A stretch of DNA of 64,000 nucleotides from Dehalococcoidia bacterium (lineage in GTDB: Bacteria; Chloroflexota; Dehalococcoidia; UBA2979), in contig OZ253555.1 of NCBI GenBank assembly GCA_965262725.1, positions 800,001 through 864,000 of the forward strand, written 5' to 3'. Numbering within the stretch: the first letter of the stretch is position 1; each line of letters begins with the position of its first letter. The notes under the pieces were generated by a model that saw nothing but the letters and a program-made list of their open reading frames with translations, was not told the DNA's origin and ran no database searches. This document shows positions 1 to 8,347 of this stretch, one piece after another. The position numbers and the translations under genes are program-made.

Positions 1-716
1 ATGCCGTGCCCGGCGAAGATGATCGGCCGCTTCGAGGCGTCGATCCGCTCGGCGGCGGCGCGGATCTCCTCCTCGGCGGCGGCGGCGGGGACCTCGTAGC
101 CGCGCACGCGAACGCGCTCGGGCCAGCGGAACTCGGCCTCCTCTAGGAAGACGTCCTTGGGGATGTCGATGTGCACGGGACCGGGGCGCCCCGTCGTCGC
201 GATGTAGATCGCTTCGGCGAACGTTGGTGCGAGATCCTGCGCCCGCATCACCAGGTAGTTGTGCTTGACGGCCGGCATCAGGATGCCGGTCGCGTCGGCC
301 TCCTGGAAGCCGTCCCGCCCGATCATGTTGCGGGCGACGTTGCCGGTGATGAAGAGCACGGGGACGGAGTCCATCATCGCGTTCTGCACGGCGGTGACGA
401 GGTTGGTGGCGCCCGGGCCCGAGGTGGCGAGCGCGACGCCGAGCTCGCCGGTGGCGCGCGCGTAGCCATCCGCCGCGTGGCCGCCGCCCTGCTCGTGCCT
501 CACGAGGATGTGTCGCACCTTCGGGTGCGCGGGCAGCCGGTCGTAGAGCGGAAGCACCACGCCGCCGGGATAGCCGAAGACCGTGGTCGCGCCGGCGTGC
601 GTCAGGCTCTCGAGGACGATGTCTGCGCCCGAGAGCACGCGTCCCTGCGCCTGCGGCACCGTGGTCGCGTCGGCCTGAGCGCTCCTGCGGGCGGGCGGCC
701 GCTGGGTTGTGGTCAT
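1..716 (-). CDS. ilvB: Acetolactate synthase large subunit, N-terminal part (runs off the left edge)
   Basis: Manual minus-strand translation from ATG 716 (GAGGAG SD at 723-728) gives VFGYPGGVVLPLYD, LVRHEQGGGHAADGYARATG, ATSGPGATNLVT, DSVPVLFITG and GRPGPVHIDIPKDV, all canonical AHAS motifs. Confidence 0.96.
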   Translation of the reverse strand, partial: MTTTQRPPARRSAQADATTVPQAQGRVLSGADIVLESLTHAGATTVFGYPGGVVLPLYDRLPAHPKVRHILVRHEQGGGHAADGYARATGELGVALATSGPGATNLVTAVQNAMMDSVPVLFITGNVARNMIGRDGFQEADATGILMPAVKHNYLVMRAQDLAPTFAEAIYIATTGRPGPVHIDIPKDVFLEEAEFRWPERVRVRGYEVPAAAAEEEIRAAAERIDASKRPIIFAGHG

Positions 717-873
717 GTCGCTCTCCTCGCGTCAGCCCCACCTTGCGGGCGGGGCTCTCTCGCCGGCACCGGGGCGGCGGCCCGGGACTTCTCGCCCAGG
801 CGTCTCTCACTCGGTGGATGGAGGTCGCCCGGCACGCGGGCGGGGGGCGGAGGCCGCATGGGGCGGCGCCGCC

Positions 874-954
874 CTAGGACAGTACGAGTACGCGGCGGGG
901 CGCGCCCGGACGGGCGGCCGAAAGAAGGGCGTCGAGCATCTGTCTTGGCGCCAT
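874..954 (-). promoter_or_regulatory. Candidate ilvB leader peptide (MAPRQMLDALLSAARPGAPRRVLVLS*)
   Basis: A 26-codon ORF upstream of ilvB ends in Val-Leu-Val-Leu (GTA CTC GTA CTG) just before the stop and is followed by GC hairpins at 861-874 and 734-756. Confidence 0.6.
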
Positions 955-963
955 GGTGCTGGC

Positions 964-993
964 AGTATCGGCGCGCCGGAGATCGAGCGTCAA
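964..993 (-). promoter_or_regulatory. Putative sigma70-type promoter for the ilv leader
   Basis: Minus strand reads TTGACG (993-988), an 18-nt spacer, then GATACT (969-964), about 9 nt before the leader ATG. Confidence 0.45.
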
Positions 994-1386
994 GCCTGCG
1001 GATCGCATCGCAACCCCTGTTACCGAAATGACCGTGGCCGCAGGCGAGTCGATGCGGGGGTCGAGAAAGGACCCGCACAGCTACTGCCCCCGTCATGCGC
1101 GAGCGGGCCGAGTTCCGTTCGATGGTCGTGTGACCGCTCGGGCTCAGCGAGATGTGGCCGAGTGTGATGCCGTGGTTCCGCCGAACGCGGCGACGACCTC
1201 GCAACCGCCGTGATGTGGTGCGCCATCTCCGCAGCAACCACGATGTGAGCGAACGTCGCGCCGTGGACGGACATGATCCAGTGCAGCGATAGCTGTCCAA
1301 TAAATGGGGGTTATATGCTTGGGTTGACGGCGCGTGCTACTCGCGTTTGGGCTTCGGGCGTGGCGTGAGCAGCGCCTTCGCCAATT

Positions 1387-1590
1387 GTGCTGTGGAGCGT
1401 GGACACGCAGGACTGGCGGCGGCCGGGCGAGGACCAGATCGCCTCGCACGTGCTCTCCAACGTGCGGCCCGGTGCGATCGTCCTGATGCACGACGGTGGC
1501 GGCGAACGCTCGCAGACCGTGGCCGCCCTCGATACCGTGCTCGACGGGCTGACCGGGCGTCGGTACGCCTTCGGCCTGCTCTGTAGCTGA
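1387..1590 (+). pseudogene. C-terminal fragment of a polysaccharide deacetylase (NodB/CE4)
   Basis: [10 protein letters not shown] and [12 protein letters not shown] are CE4 motifs 4 and 5. An in-frame TGA at 1366-1368 lies just upstream and the N-terminal TFDDGP/HxxxH motifs are absent. Confidence 0.8.
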
Positions 1591-1625
1591 TCTGTAGCTG
1601 ACACCCGACCGCGAGGGAGCCGGAT

Positions 1626-2549
1626 ATGTCGATGCGAGTCTGGACCCGGCGTGCTGCTCGACGCGTGACGGCCGTGGGTGCACTGCTCTTCGCAGCTACG
1701 CTGCTGGCGTCCTGCGAGGGGATAGCCGACAACGATCTGGCAGCGCCGGACAGAGTGTCCATCGAGCGGGCCACCATCCTGACCGAGCACACCGACGCGG
1801 GCATGGCCACGCTCAAGGACGGCGAGTTCCGGGCGCCGGTCGCGCCCGGCTCGGCCAGCGATCTCGAGATCCGCCTCGCCCAGTCGAGGGTCGGCGACCT
1901 CGACGGCAACGGCATCCCGGACGCCGCCGCGATCACGATCGAGAACCCGGGCGGCAGCGGGAACTTCCGCTACCTGCACGCGCTGCTCTACGAGGAAGGT
2001 GAGCTCCGCGACGCCGACGCCGTCTTCCTCGGCGACCGCATCCGCGTCGCGGGCCTCTCCATCCACGAAGGCGTCATCACGGTGGCTACCGTCGACCGGC
2101 CGCCGGACGCACCGTTCAGCGAGACTCCCTCGATCCTCGCGCTTCGCCAGTTCCGCCTCGCGGGCGAGACGTTCGAGGAGATCGCGGGCATCAGCAGTGC
2201 TGACGCGTTCGCGTGTGACGACGGCCTCCCCGACGCTGCGCTCGTGATCGTGCTCTCGCCCGCGGGCGGCGAGGAGGTCGCGAACGGGTTCACGGTCCGC
2301 GGCTGCTCGCGCACGTTCGAGTCGAACGTGCAGTGGCGGCTGCTCGACCGCGCGGGCGAGGTGCTGGCGAGCGGTTTCGCGATGGGCGGTGGGGTGGACG
2401 GCCCGGCGCCCTTCACCTTCACGGTCACGTACGAAGCCGCCGAGCGCCAACTCGCGCACCTCGAGGTGTACGAGGAGGACGTGTCGGAGGGCGAGGGCTT
2501 CCCGCCACCGCGCACCGTCGTGCCGGTGGTGATCGCCGCAGCCGAGTGA
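1626..2549 (+). CDS. Lipoprotein with C-terminal Gmad2-type immunoglobulin-like domain
   Basis: Lipobox LLASC. The C-terminal segment VIVLSP...FTVRGCSRTFESNVQWRLLD..GEVLASG...PFTFTV resembles Gmad2. Confidence 0.75.
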   Translation: MSMRVWTRRAARRVTAVGALLFAATLLASCEGIADNDLAAPDRVSIERATILTEHTDAGMATLKDGEFRAPVAPGSASDLEIRLAQSRVGDLDGNGIPDAAAITIENPGGSGNFRYLHALLYEEGELRDADAVFLGDRIRVAGLSIHEGVITVATVDRPPDAPFSETPSILALRQFRLAGETFEEIAGISSADAFACDDGLPDAALVIVLSPAGGEEVANGFTVRGCSRTFESNVQWRLLDRAGEVLASGFAMGGGVDGPAPFTFTVTYEAAERQLAHLEVYEEDVSEGEGFPPPRTVVPVVIAAAE

Positions 2550-2665
2550 GCCGCGAGGCGGCACCCATGCCCGCACAGCTACATTCACACGCATGACTAC
2601 GACACAGATAGAGGCCGTCGAGCCGCGCTCGTGCGCAAGACGCCCTCGGCTGGTGGCGATGCTTC

Positions 2666-2909
2666 ATGACCCGCAAGCAACGCGCGTCGCGCGTGCTGCT
2701 TGCGGGTGCGGTGCGGGAACTCATCAACCGCCTCAATATGAGCCAGGGGGATCGCACGCCGCGCCGACATCACACCCGGCTATCTCTCGCAGCTCCTGAG
2801 CGGCCAGCGCTGCCCCAGATCACGCCACGAGATCGAGTCCCCAACGCACAGATCCTCGGTAACAGGTTCTGATGCACAGAGGGATATCCTCAGTAACACC
2901 CATTTATGA
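2666..2909 (+). pseudogene. Frameshifted XRE/Cro-C1 helix-turn-helix gene remnant
   Basis: VRELINRLNMSQGD in one frame continues as ARRADITPGYLSQLLSGQRCP in another frame from about 2754. Joined, this is a typical XRE HTH. Confidence 0.65.
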
Positions 2910-3021
2910 TGCATTGCGGCCTGAGTGTCGATCGCCAGGGTCATTGAGCCACGCGTCGCCACGGTCATTGGACCACCCGGGACGCCGGTAGGCGGCTTGA
3001 TATCAGTGAGCGTCTAGCGCG

Positions 3022-3795
3022 TCAATCACCTCCCGTCTGCGCCTCGAGCAGGGCGCGGTGCGGCGAGAGCCGCTGGCGGTAGCTATCGCCCTCGATCACG
3101 ATCTGGTAGCTGGCGTTCGCGAGCCGGTCGAGGGCGCTGTTGCCGAGGATCGGGTCGTCGAAGAGACCCAGCCATTCCTCCACGGCGCGGTTCGAGGTGA
3201 TCACGAAGCTCGAGCTGCGGTGGCGCCCGATGACCAGCTCGTAGAGGTCGATGGACTGCTGCGCGCTGAGGCGATGGAGCCCGAGGTCGTCGAGGATGAG
3301 CAGGTCGGGCGCGAGGAAGCTTCGGAAGACCTTCTCGGCCGAGTGGTCGACGCGGGCCTGCGCCATCTCGCGGAAGTAGTGGTCGGCCGGGGCGAAGCGC
3401 ACGGTGCGTCCGGAGCGGACGGCTGAGTAGCCGAGCGCCTGGGCTAAGAAGCTCTTGCCGACGCCGACGGGGCCGACGAGCAGGACGTGCTCGCGGCGGT
3501 CGAGGAAGTGCAGCGAGAAGGCGGCGTCGAGCAGGCGGCGGTCGAGCCGGATGGCGGCCGCCCAGTCGAAGTCCTCGAGGCGGCAGAGCTGCTCGAAGCC
3601 GGCCTGGCGCAGGCGCAGCTCCAACCGCCCGTGGTCGCGGCGGCTCACCTCGTCGACGAGCAGGATCTGCAGGAAGTCCGCGTAGTCGAGGTGGTCGCGC
3701 CGCGCGAGGGCGATGCGCTCGGGCAACGTGTCGAGCATACGGCCGAGCTTGAGGCGCTTGAGCAGCGGACGGAGGTCTGAGGTGGTGGCGGTCAT
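3022..3795 (-). CDS. istB: IS21 helper AAA+ ATPase IstB
   Basis: Start MTATTSDLRP overlaps the istA stop (ATGA). Walker A GPVGVGKS, Walker B LLILDD, then ITSN, ALDRL and GDSYR. Confidence 0.95.
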   Translation of the reverse strand: MTATTSDLRPLLKRLKLGRMLDTLPERIALARRDHLDYADFLQILLVDEVSRRDHGRLELRLRQAGFEQLCRLEDFDWAAAIRLDRRLLDAAFSLHFLDRREHVLLVGPVGVGKSFLAQALGYSAVRSGRTVRFAPADHYFREMAQARVDHSAEKVFRSFLAPDLLILDDLGLHRLSAQQSIDLYELVIGRHRSSSFVITSNRAVEEWLGLFDDPILGNSALDRLANASYQIVIEGDSYRQRLSPHRALLEAQTGGD

Positions 3796-5372
3796 CGTGG
3801 TGCTCCTGTCGGGGTCTGCGTGCGGGACTGTGCGAAGACGGAGCCCGAGTGGGCGAAGCGCCCCGGAGGCGGCGGCAGCTCGGGCTGGTCTGGGGTGCTC
3901 TCCTGGTCGAGGGCCTCGACGAGGATGCGCTCGAGGCGGCGCACGTCGATGAGGTCGACCTCGAGCGCGCGGCGGCAGGCGGCGTCGAGGCGGTCCGGGG
4001 AGTAGCGCTCGGCGAGGCGCAGCAGCTTGTGGCCCTGCCGCAGCTTCGCCCAGGGCAGGGAGCCCTCGAAGAGACGCTCGGCGTAGGCGCCCACGGCCTC
4101 CCCCAGCTCGGCGGCGCGGCGCTGTATCCAGTCGGGCGCCCGCCTGGTGTAGGGGGTGAGCTCGGCCGGGTAGTCGTTCGGGTCGGTGGCGCGGCCGCCC
4201 CGGCGCTGGCGCGGGTGGACCTTGATGAGCTGACCGCGGTGGTAGATGCGCACCAGCTTCGAGCCGAGCTGCACCTCGACCTTCTGGCGGGGCGGGCAGG
4301 CCGTGGACGGCACCGAGTACAGCGCGTACTGGCAGGCGATGTGGTGGTCGGGATGGACCGTGGCGGTCCGCCAGTCGGGGACCTCGTAGGGCTCGCCGTC
4401 CCAGGGAGCGAGGAGAGGGAGCTCCTCCTCCCGGAAGACCTCGAGCGGCCGGCGGCGGGTCGTGCCGTGGATGCGCTGTCCCGCCACCTCCAGGCACCAG
4501 CTGCGGGCGGCGGAGCGCAGGTCGACGACGTCCCGGAAGTCGCCGCCCTTGAAGAGGCGCTCGCGCACGTAGGGGATGCTGCGCTCGACGCGCGGCTTGT
4601 CGCGGGGATGACGCACGCGCGCGGGGTCGGTGATGAAGCCGCGGTGGCGGGCGTACTCGAGGAAGCCCCGCGTGAAGCGCGGGTGCAGCGCGTCGGCCCC
4701 GGCGACGGCGGCCGGGAAGTTATCGATGACGAGGTAGCGGGGCACGCCCCCGAAGAAGGACCAGGCCTCCTCCAGGCCCTCGATCACAGCGTCCAGCTTC
4801 TGGCTGGTGGTGGGCCACACAAAGCAGTGGCGGGAGTAGCGCCAGACGACGACCAGCGCCCACACCGCGCGCCGGCGGCCGCTCTCGGGGTCCCGGATGA
4901 AGCCGAGGCGGCCGAAGTCCATCTCCGCCACCTCGCCCGGCGGCCCGTCGTCCATGCGCACGGTCGACGGCAGCCGGTGGCGCCAGCCGCGGCGCCGGAT
5001 GAAACGCCGCAGCGTGGTGTAGGAGACCTCGCAGCCTCGTCCGGCGAGGAGCTCCTGGATGCGCGTCAGTTGCAGGCGGTCGGTCTCAAGCCAGCGCTCG
5101 ATCTGCTCCGCCCAGGGCGAGAGCAGCTCTTCGCTCGGCGCCTCGACCTGCCGCGGGCCGGAGAGGCTCAGCGTCGCCAGCGCGGCGAGCTGCTCCTCAC
5201 TCGGCTCGGGACCGTCAGGTGTGAGGCCGGCCGCTTCGGCCGCGTCGATGTAGCGGCGGACCGTCTGACGCGACAACCCCATCCCGCTGGCGATGCGGCG
5301 CTGGCTGAGCCCCGCCTGCCAGCGACGAATGATCTCCTGAATCTCCACCCCGTGTACCTCCCGGTAGGCCAT
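3792..5372 (-). CDS. istA: IS21 transposase IstA
   Basis: N-terminal HTH (SQRRIASGMGLSRQTVRRY), DDE motifs EMDFG / VIDNF / KPRVE, then RIHGTT and YSVP. Confidence 0.95.
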   Translation of the reverse strand: MAYREVHGVEIQEIIRRWQAGLSQRRIASGMGLSRQTVRRYIDAAEAAGLTPDGPEPSEEQLAALATLSLSGPRQVEAPSEELLSPWAEQIERWLETDRLQLTRIQELLAGRGCEVSYTTLRRFIRRRGWRHRLPSTVRMDDGPPGEVAEMDFGRLGFIRDPESGRRRAVWALVVVWRYSRHCFVWPTTSQKLDAVIEGLEEAWSFFGGVPRYLVIDNFPAAVAGADALHPRFTRGFLEYARHRGFITDPARVRHPRDKPRVERSIPYVRERLFKGGDFRDVVDLRSAARSWCLEVAGQRIHGTTRRRPLEVFREEELPLLAPWDGEPYEVPDWRTATVHPDHHIACQYALYSVPSTACPPRQKVEVQLGSKLVRIYHRGQLIKVHPRQRRGGRATDPNDYPAELTPYTRRAPDWIQRRAAELGEAVGAYAERLFEGSLPWAKLRQGHKLLRLAERYSPDRLDAACRRALEVDLIDVRRLERILVEALDQESTPDQPELPPPPGRFAHSGSVFAQSRTQTPTGAPR

Positions 5373-5555
5373 CGCTGCTCCCTCCGCTGGGGATGCAGGC
5401 GATGGTGGCCGTACCGGCGGCCCGAGTGGTCAGACCCCCCGGAGGGGTGGCTCAATGACCTTGGCGAAGTGGCACATAGACCCTGGCGATCTCGCCGTTT
5501 GCTGGTCTATAGATCCTGGCGATTCACAGCCTGAGCCCGCCGCCGGCCGGGGGGA

Positions 5556-7103
5556 TCAGCCGCCGCTAATCGTGGTCTCGGGCAGCGCCGCCGCCCACGC
5601 GAACCAGTACGCCGTGCGCGTGGGAACGCTCGCGCGGCGGGTGCCGTCGAGCGTCGAGACGAGCCCCTCCTCGGAGACGAACCAGCGATGGCCGTCGGAG
5701 TCCACGGCGAGAAGGCCCAGGGAGTCGGTCATCACCAGCCGGTCGATCCGAGTCGGGGGCGCGCGGTAGGCGGCCACTCCGGATCCGGGCCCGCGTGAGA
5801 GCAGGACGAGCTCTGATCCGTCCAGGGTCAGTGCGGTGATGCCCGAGGTCTCGACGCCTGCGAGCGGGAGGGCGTGCACGGCGCGGCTCCCCCCGCTCGC
5901 GAGCTCGATGCCCACCACCCGCTCCTTCGGGGGGAGGCGGCCGTCGAGCGGCTGAGCTGGGTAGAGCGGCCCGGGCACGGCGTCGTCCGCCGCGAGCGCG
6001 GCCCCCGGATCGTAGTCACGCAGGAAGCCGGTCTCGAGCGCCAGCACGCGCGTCGCCGGGTGCATCGCCGACCACTCCTCCCACGTGGCGCGGCGCAGGG
6101 GGAGGGGGGTGAGCCGCTCCCCGGCCTCGAAGGCCGGGCCGGTGACCGCGCGCCCGCTCACCGGATCCCACAGCGAGCCCGTCTCCTCGTCGACGAAGAG
6201 CATCCGCGAGCGGTAGACGAGCCCCGAGGCGACGAGGAGACGCTCGCCGCCCGAGGCCTCCGCCTCAAACGCCGCCGCCGAGCCGCAGGGGACGCAGTGC
6301 AGGATCATCACGCGGGTTCCGCCGACCTCGTCGTGCACCGCGCCGTGCCAGGCGACGATGCGTTCCGGGTAGGCCCGGGGCTCGCCGTCTACCTGGAGGC
6401 CGAAGACCACGTCGTCGTCCTCCAGGTAGCGCTCCTCCACACGGTGCACGGTGGCGGGTGCCTCGAGCGGCGGGAGGCCGCCCACGCGCACCCTCGTCCA
6501 GAGCAGCTCATCGATCCGCGGCTCGTGGGCGCGACCGTCTGCGAGAACCGCGGCGAAGCGCGGATCGACGATCGAGAGGAGACGACCCTTCCACTCCTGG
6601 TAGACCTCCGGGAGCGGCGGCGGCTCCTCGGCGATCCAGGCCGCCCAGCTCGCGGCGTCGGGGAGCCTCTGGCCGATGATTGCCTCCAGGGCATCCTCCA
6701 CCCATCGCGCCCAGCCCACCTCCACCCAGAGCATGTCGACGAGGGGCGCCGCGAAGCGCGCATCGCCCGAGCGCCCGAGCTCCTCGATCACCCGCGTGGA
6801 GGCCTCCGTGGGCGGCACGCATTCCGCCGCGCGCGCCGGGTTGTCGTACCAGCAGATGGCGCGGCGCAAGAGCTCGGCGACGCCGGCCTCGTCGAGGTCA
6901 CCGGGCGGCGCGGGCGACGGCGTTGCACCGGGCGTTGCAGCAGACGTTGCACCGGGCGTTGCGGCAGACGTTGCACCGGGCGTTGCGTCGGGTCGGGGCT
7001 CGGCGGCCACGCAGCCGGCCGCCGCCAGCGCCAGCGCGACGACCGCCGGGAGGAGGGAGAGCCGGAGGCGCCCGCTCAGGCGGCCGCCCGCGGTCGTGGT
7101 CAC
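5556..7103 (-). CDS. DUF3179-family lipoprotein
   Basis: GTG 7103 overlaps the upstream stop (GTGA). Lipobox AAAGC, then RAYP..WH, HCVPCGS, SGLVYRS, ETGSLW, TWEEW...HP and YWFAW. Confidence 0.8.
   Translation of the reverse strand: MTTTAGGRLSGRLRLSLLPAVVALALAAAGCVAAEPRPDATPGATSAATPGATSAATPGATPSPAPPGDLDEAGVAELLRRAICWYDNPARAAECVPPTEASTRVIEELGRSGDARFAAPLVDMLWVEVGWARWVEDALEAIIGQRLPDAASWAAWIAEEPPPLPEVYQEWKGRLLSIVDPRFAAVLADGRAHEPRIDELLWTRVRVGGLPPLEAPATVHRVEERYLEDDDVVFGLQVDGEPRAYPERIVAWHGAVHDEVGGTRVMILHCVPCGSAAAFEAEASGGERLLVASGLVYRSRMLFVDEETGSLWDPVSGRAVTGPAFEAGERLTPLPLRRATWEEWSAMHPATRVLALETGFLRDYDPGAALAADDAVPGPLYPAQPLDGRLPPKERVVGIELASGGSRAVHALPLAGVETSGITALTLDGSELVLLSRGPGSGVAAYRAPPTRIDRLVMTDSLGLLAVDSDGHRWFVSEEGLVSTLDGTRRASVPTRTAYWFAWAAALPETTISGG
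6921..6987. repeat. 24-bp tandem repeat (~2.8 copies) encoding an ATPGATSA linker
   Basis: CGTTGCACCGGGCGTTGC(A/G)GCAGA units start at 6921 and 6945, with a partial unit at 6969. Confidence 0.9.
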
Positions 7104-8296
7104 CGCCCGCGTTGGGGGCGGCCGCCGATCGCGCCCGCGACGCGCGCCGCCAGCCGCAGCATCGGGGGCCCCCACGGCCCGCGGGATCGCACCAGGTCGT
7201 CGTAGCCGGCCTCCTCGCACAGGATCTCGCAGAGGTGGCGCCAGAAGTGGTCCGAGCGCCGCATCAGCGAGACGGCGGGCGCGGGCAGCACGTGGAAGAC
7301 CTCCATCAGCTGCCTCGACGTGACGAGCTCGGGGACGAGCTCCCGGGCGAGCGTGAGCCCGTAGCCGTCGAGGTCGGAGACGGCCCCGTCCAAGTAGTCG
7401 TCGACGCAGGGAGCGACCGCCACCCCCGAGAGGATCGCCGCGTGGATGCCCTCGCCGGAGAGGGGGTCGAGCAGGCTGGCCGCGTCCCCGACGAGCGCGG
7501 CGCCGCCGACCGAGACCGGCGCGCCGGGCCGCTGCATCGGCAGGCGGTGACCGCGCAGATCGGTCATCCGGGTCGGGTCGAAGCCGTAGGCGAGGCAGAG
7601 CGCGTCGAGCGCCTCCCGGAGCCTCGTCCCCGCCACCCGCGTCCGGCCTCCGATGCCGACGTTGATGTGCCCCGCCTTCGGGAAGACCCACCCGTAGCCG
7701 CCGGGAAGCACGGAGAGAGCGAGCGCCACGCGGCCCTCGATCCAGGACGGGATCCCCTCGGGGCAGTCGATGTTCGCCTCGATCGCCACCGCCGTCTCCA
7801 TCGGCGGCTCGAAGCCGAGCGTCTTCGCGACGACGCCGTTGGCGCCGTCCGCGCCGACGACCACGCGGCAGCGGTGCTCGCCGCCAGCCGTGCGCACGAC
7901 GTAGCCGTCGGCGACCGCCGCGACCTCCCGTACGCGCTCGCCGTCTCGGAACTCGACCCCGGCCTCCTGCGCCTTCTCGACGAGGAAGGCATCGAGCCGG
8001 CGCCTTTGCGTCATGTAGGTGAGCGGGCGTCCGGCGTCGCGCACGAAGTCCGAGCCGCCCTTCAGCCGGACCATCGCGCCGGCGACCACCTGCTCCACGA
8101 CCGGCGTCAACTCGAAGGGAAGGAGTGCGGCTGCGCGAACCGTCACCCCGCCGCCGCAGGGCTTGTCCCGCGGGAAGCGGTGGCGCTCGAGCAGCAGCAC
8201 CTCGTGCCCGCGCGCGGCGATCTCGCGCGCGGCGGTGCTTCCCGCCGGGCCCGCGCCCACGACCACGACCACGACCGTTTGCTCGGTGGTCACCAT
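7100..8296 (-). CDS. Geranylgeranyl reductase-family FAD-dependent oxidoreductase
   Basis: VVGAGPAGS, PRDKPCGGG, VGADGANG, GYGWVFPK and LVGDAA..DPLSGEGIHAA. Confidence 0.9.
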   Translation of the reverse strand: MVTTEQTVVVVVVGAGPAGSTAAREIAARGHEVLLLERHRFPRDKPCGGGVTVRAAALLPFELTPVVEQVVAGAMVRLKGGSDFVRDAGRPLTYMTQRRRLDAFLVEKAQEAGVEFRDGERVREVAAVADGYVVRTAGGEHRCRVVVGADGANGVVAKTLGFEPPMETAVAIEANIDCPEGIPSWIEGRVALALSVLPGGYGWVFPKAGHINVGIGGRTRVAGTRLREALDALCLAYGFDPTRMTDLRGHRLPMQRPGAPVSVGGAALVGDAASLLDPLSGEGIHAAILSGVAVAPCVDDYLDGAVSDLDGYGLTLARELVPELVTSRQLMEVFHVLPAPAVSLMRRSDHFWRHLCEILCEEAGYDDLVRSRGPWGPPMLRLAARVAGAIGGRPQRGR

Positions 8297-8347
8297 CGCG
8301 GCGATCCTATGCCAGCTCCCCGTTTGGGACCGGGGACGGGGCGATCG

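Larger units (their letters stand above)
2926..5528 (-). mobile_element. Complete IS21-family insertion sequence (2603 bp)
   Basis: TG...CA ends with imperfect inverted repeats (TGTCGATCGCCAGGGTC versus reverse-complemented TGTGAATCGCCAGGATC), several subterminal repeats, the 7-bp direct repeat GCCTGAG at 2919-2925 and 5529-5535, and istA plus istB inside. Confidence 0.95.

Noticed and set aside
1021-1365. Possible structured ncRNA or riboswitch (several GC hairpins)
   Set aside because: No riboswitch or sRNA consensus recognised, and short stems are expected by chance at this GC content. An Rfam/Infernal search would be needed.
2926-2980. Short repeats at the IS ends resembling a mini-CRISPR
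   Set aside because: They are IS21 subterminal transposase-binding repeats, with no spacers and no cas genes.
3796-4497. Long N-terminal extension of IstB suggesting an IstA-IstB frameshift fusion
   Set aside because: The extension is Arg/Pro-rich off-frame sequence within istA. istB has its own ATG overlapping the istA stop, and no slippery site is evident.
3849-5534. 561-aa plus-strand ORF
   Set aside because: Antisense shadow of istA, typical of GC-rich coding DNA.
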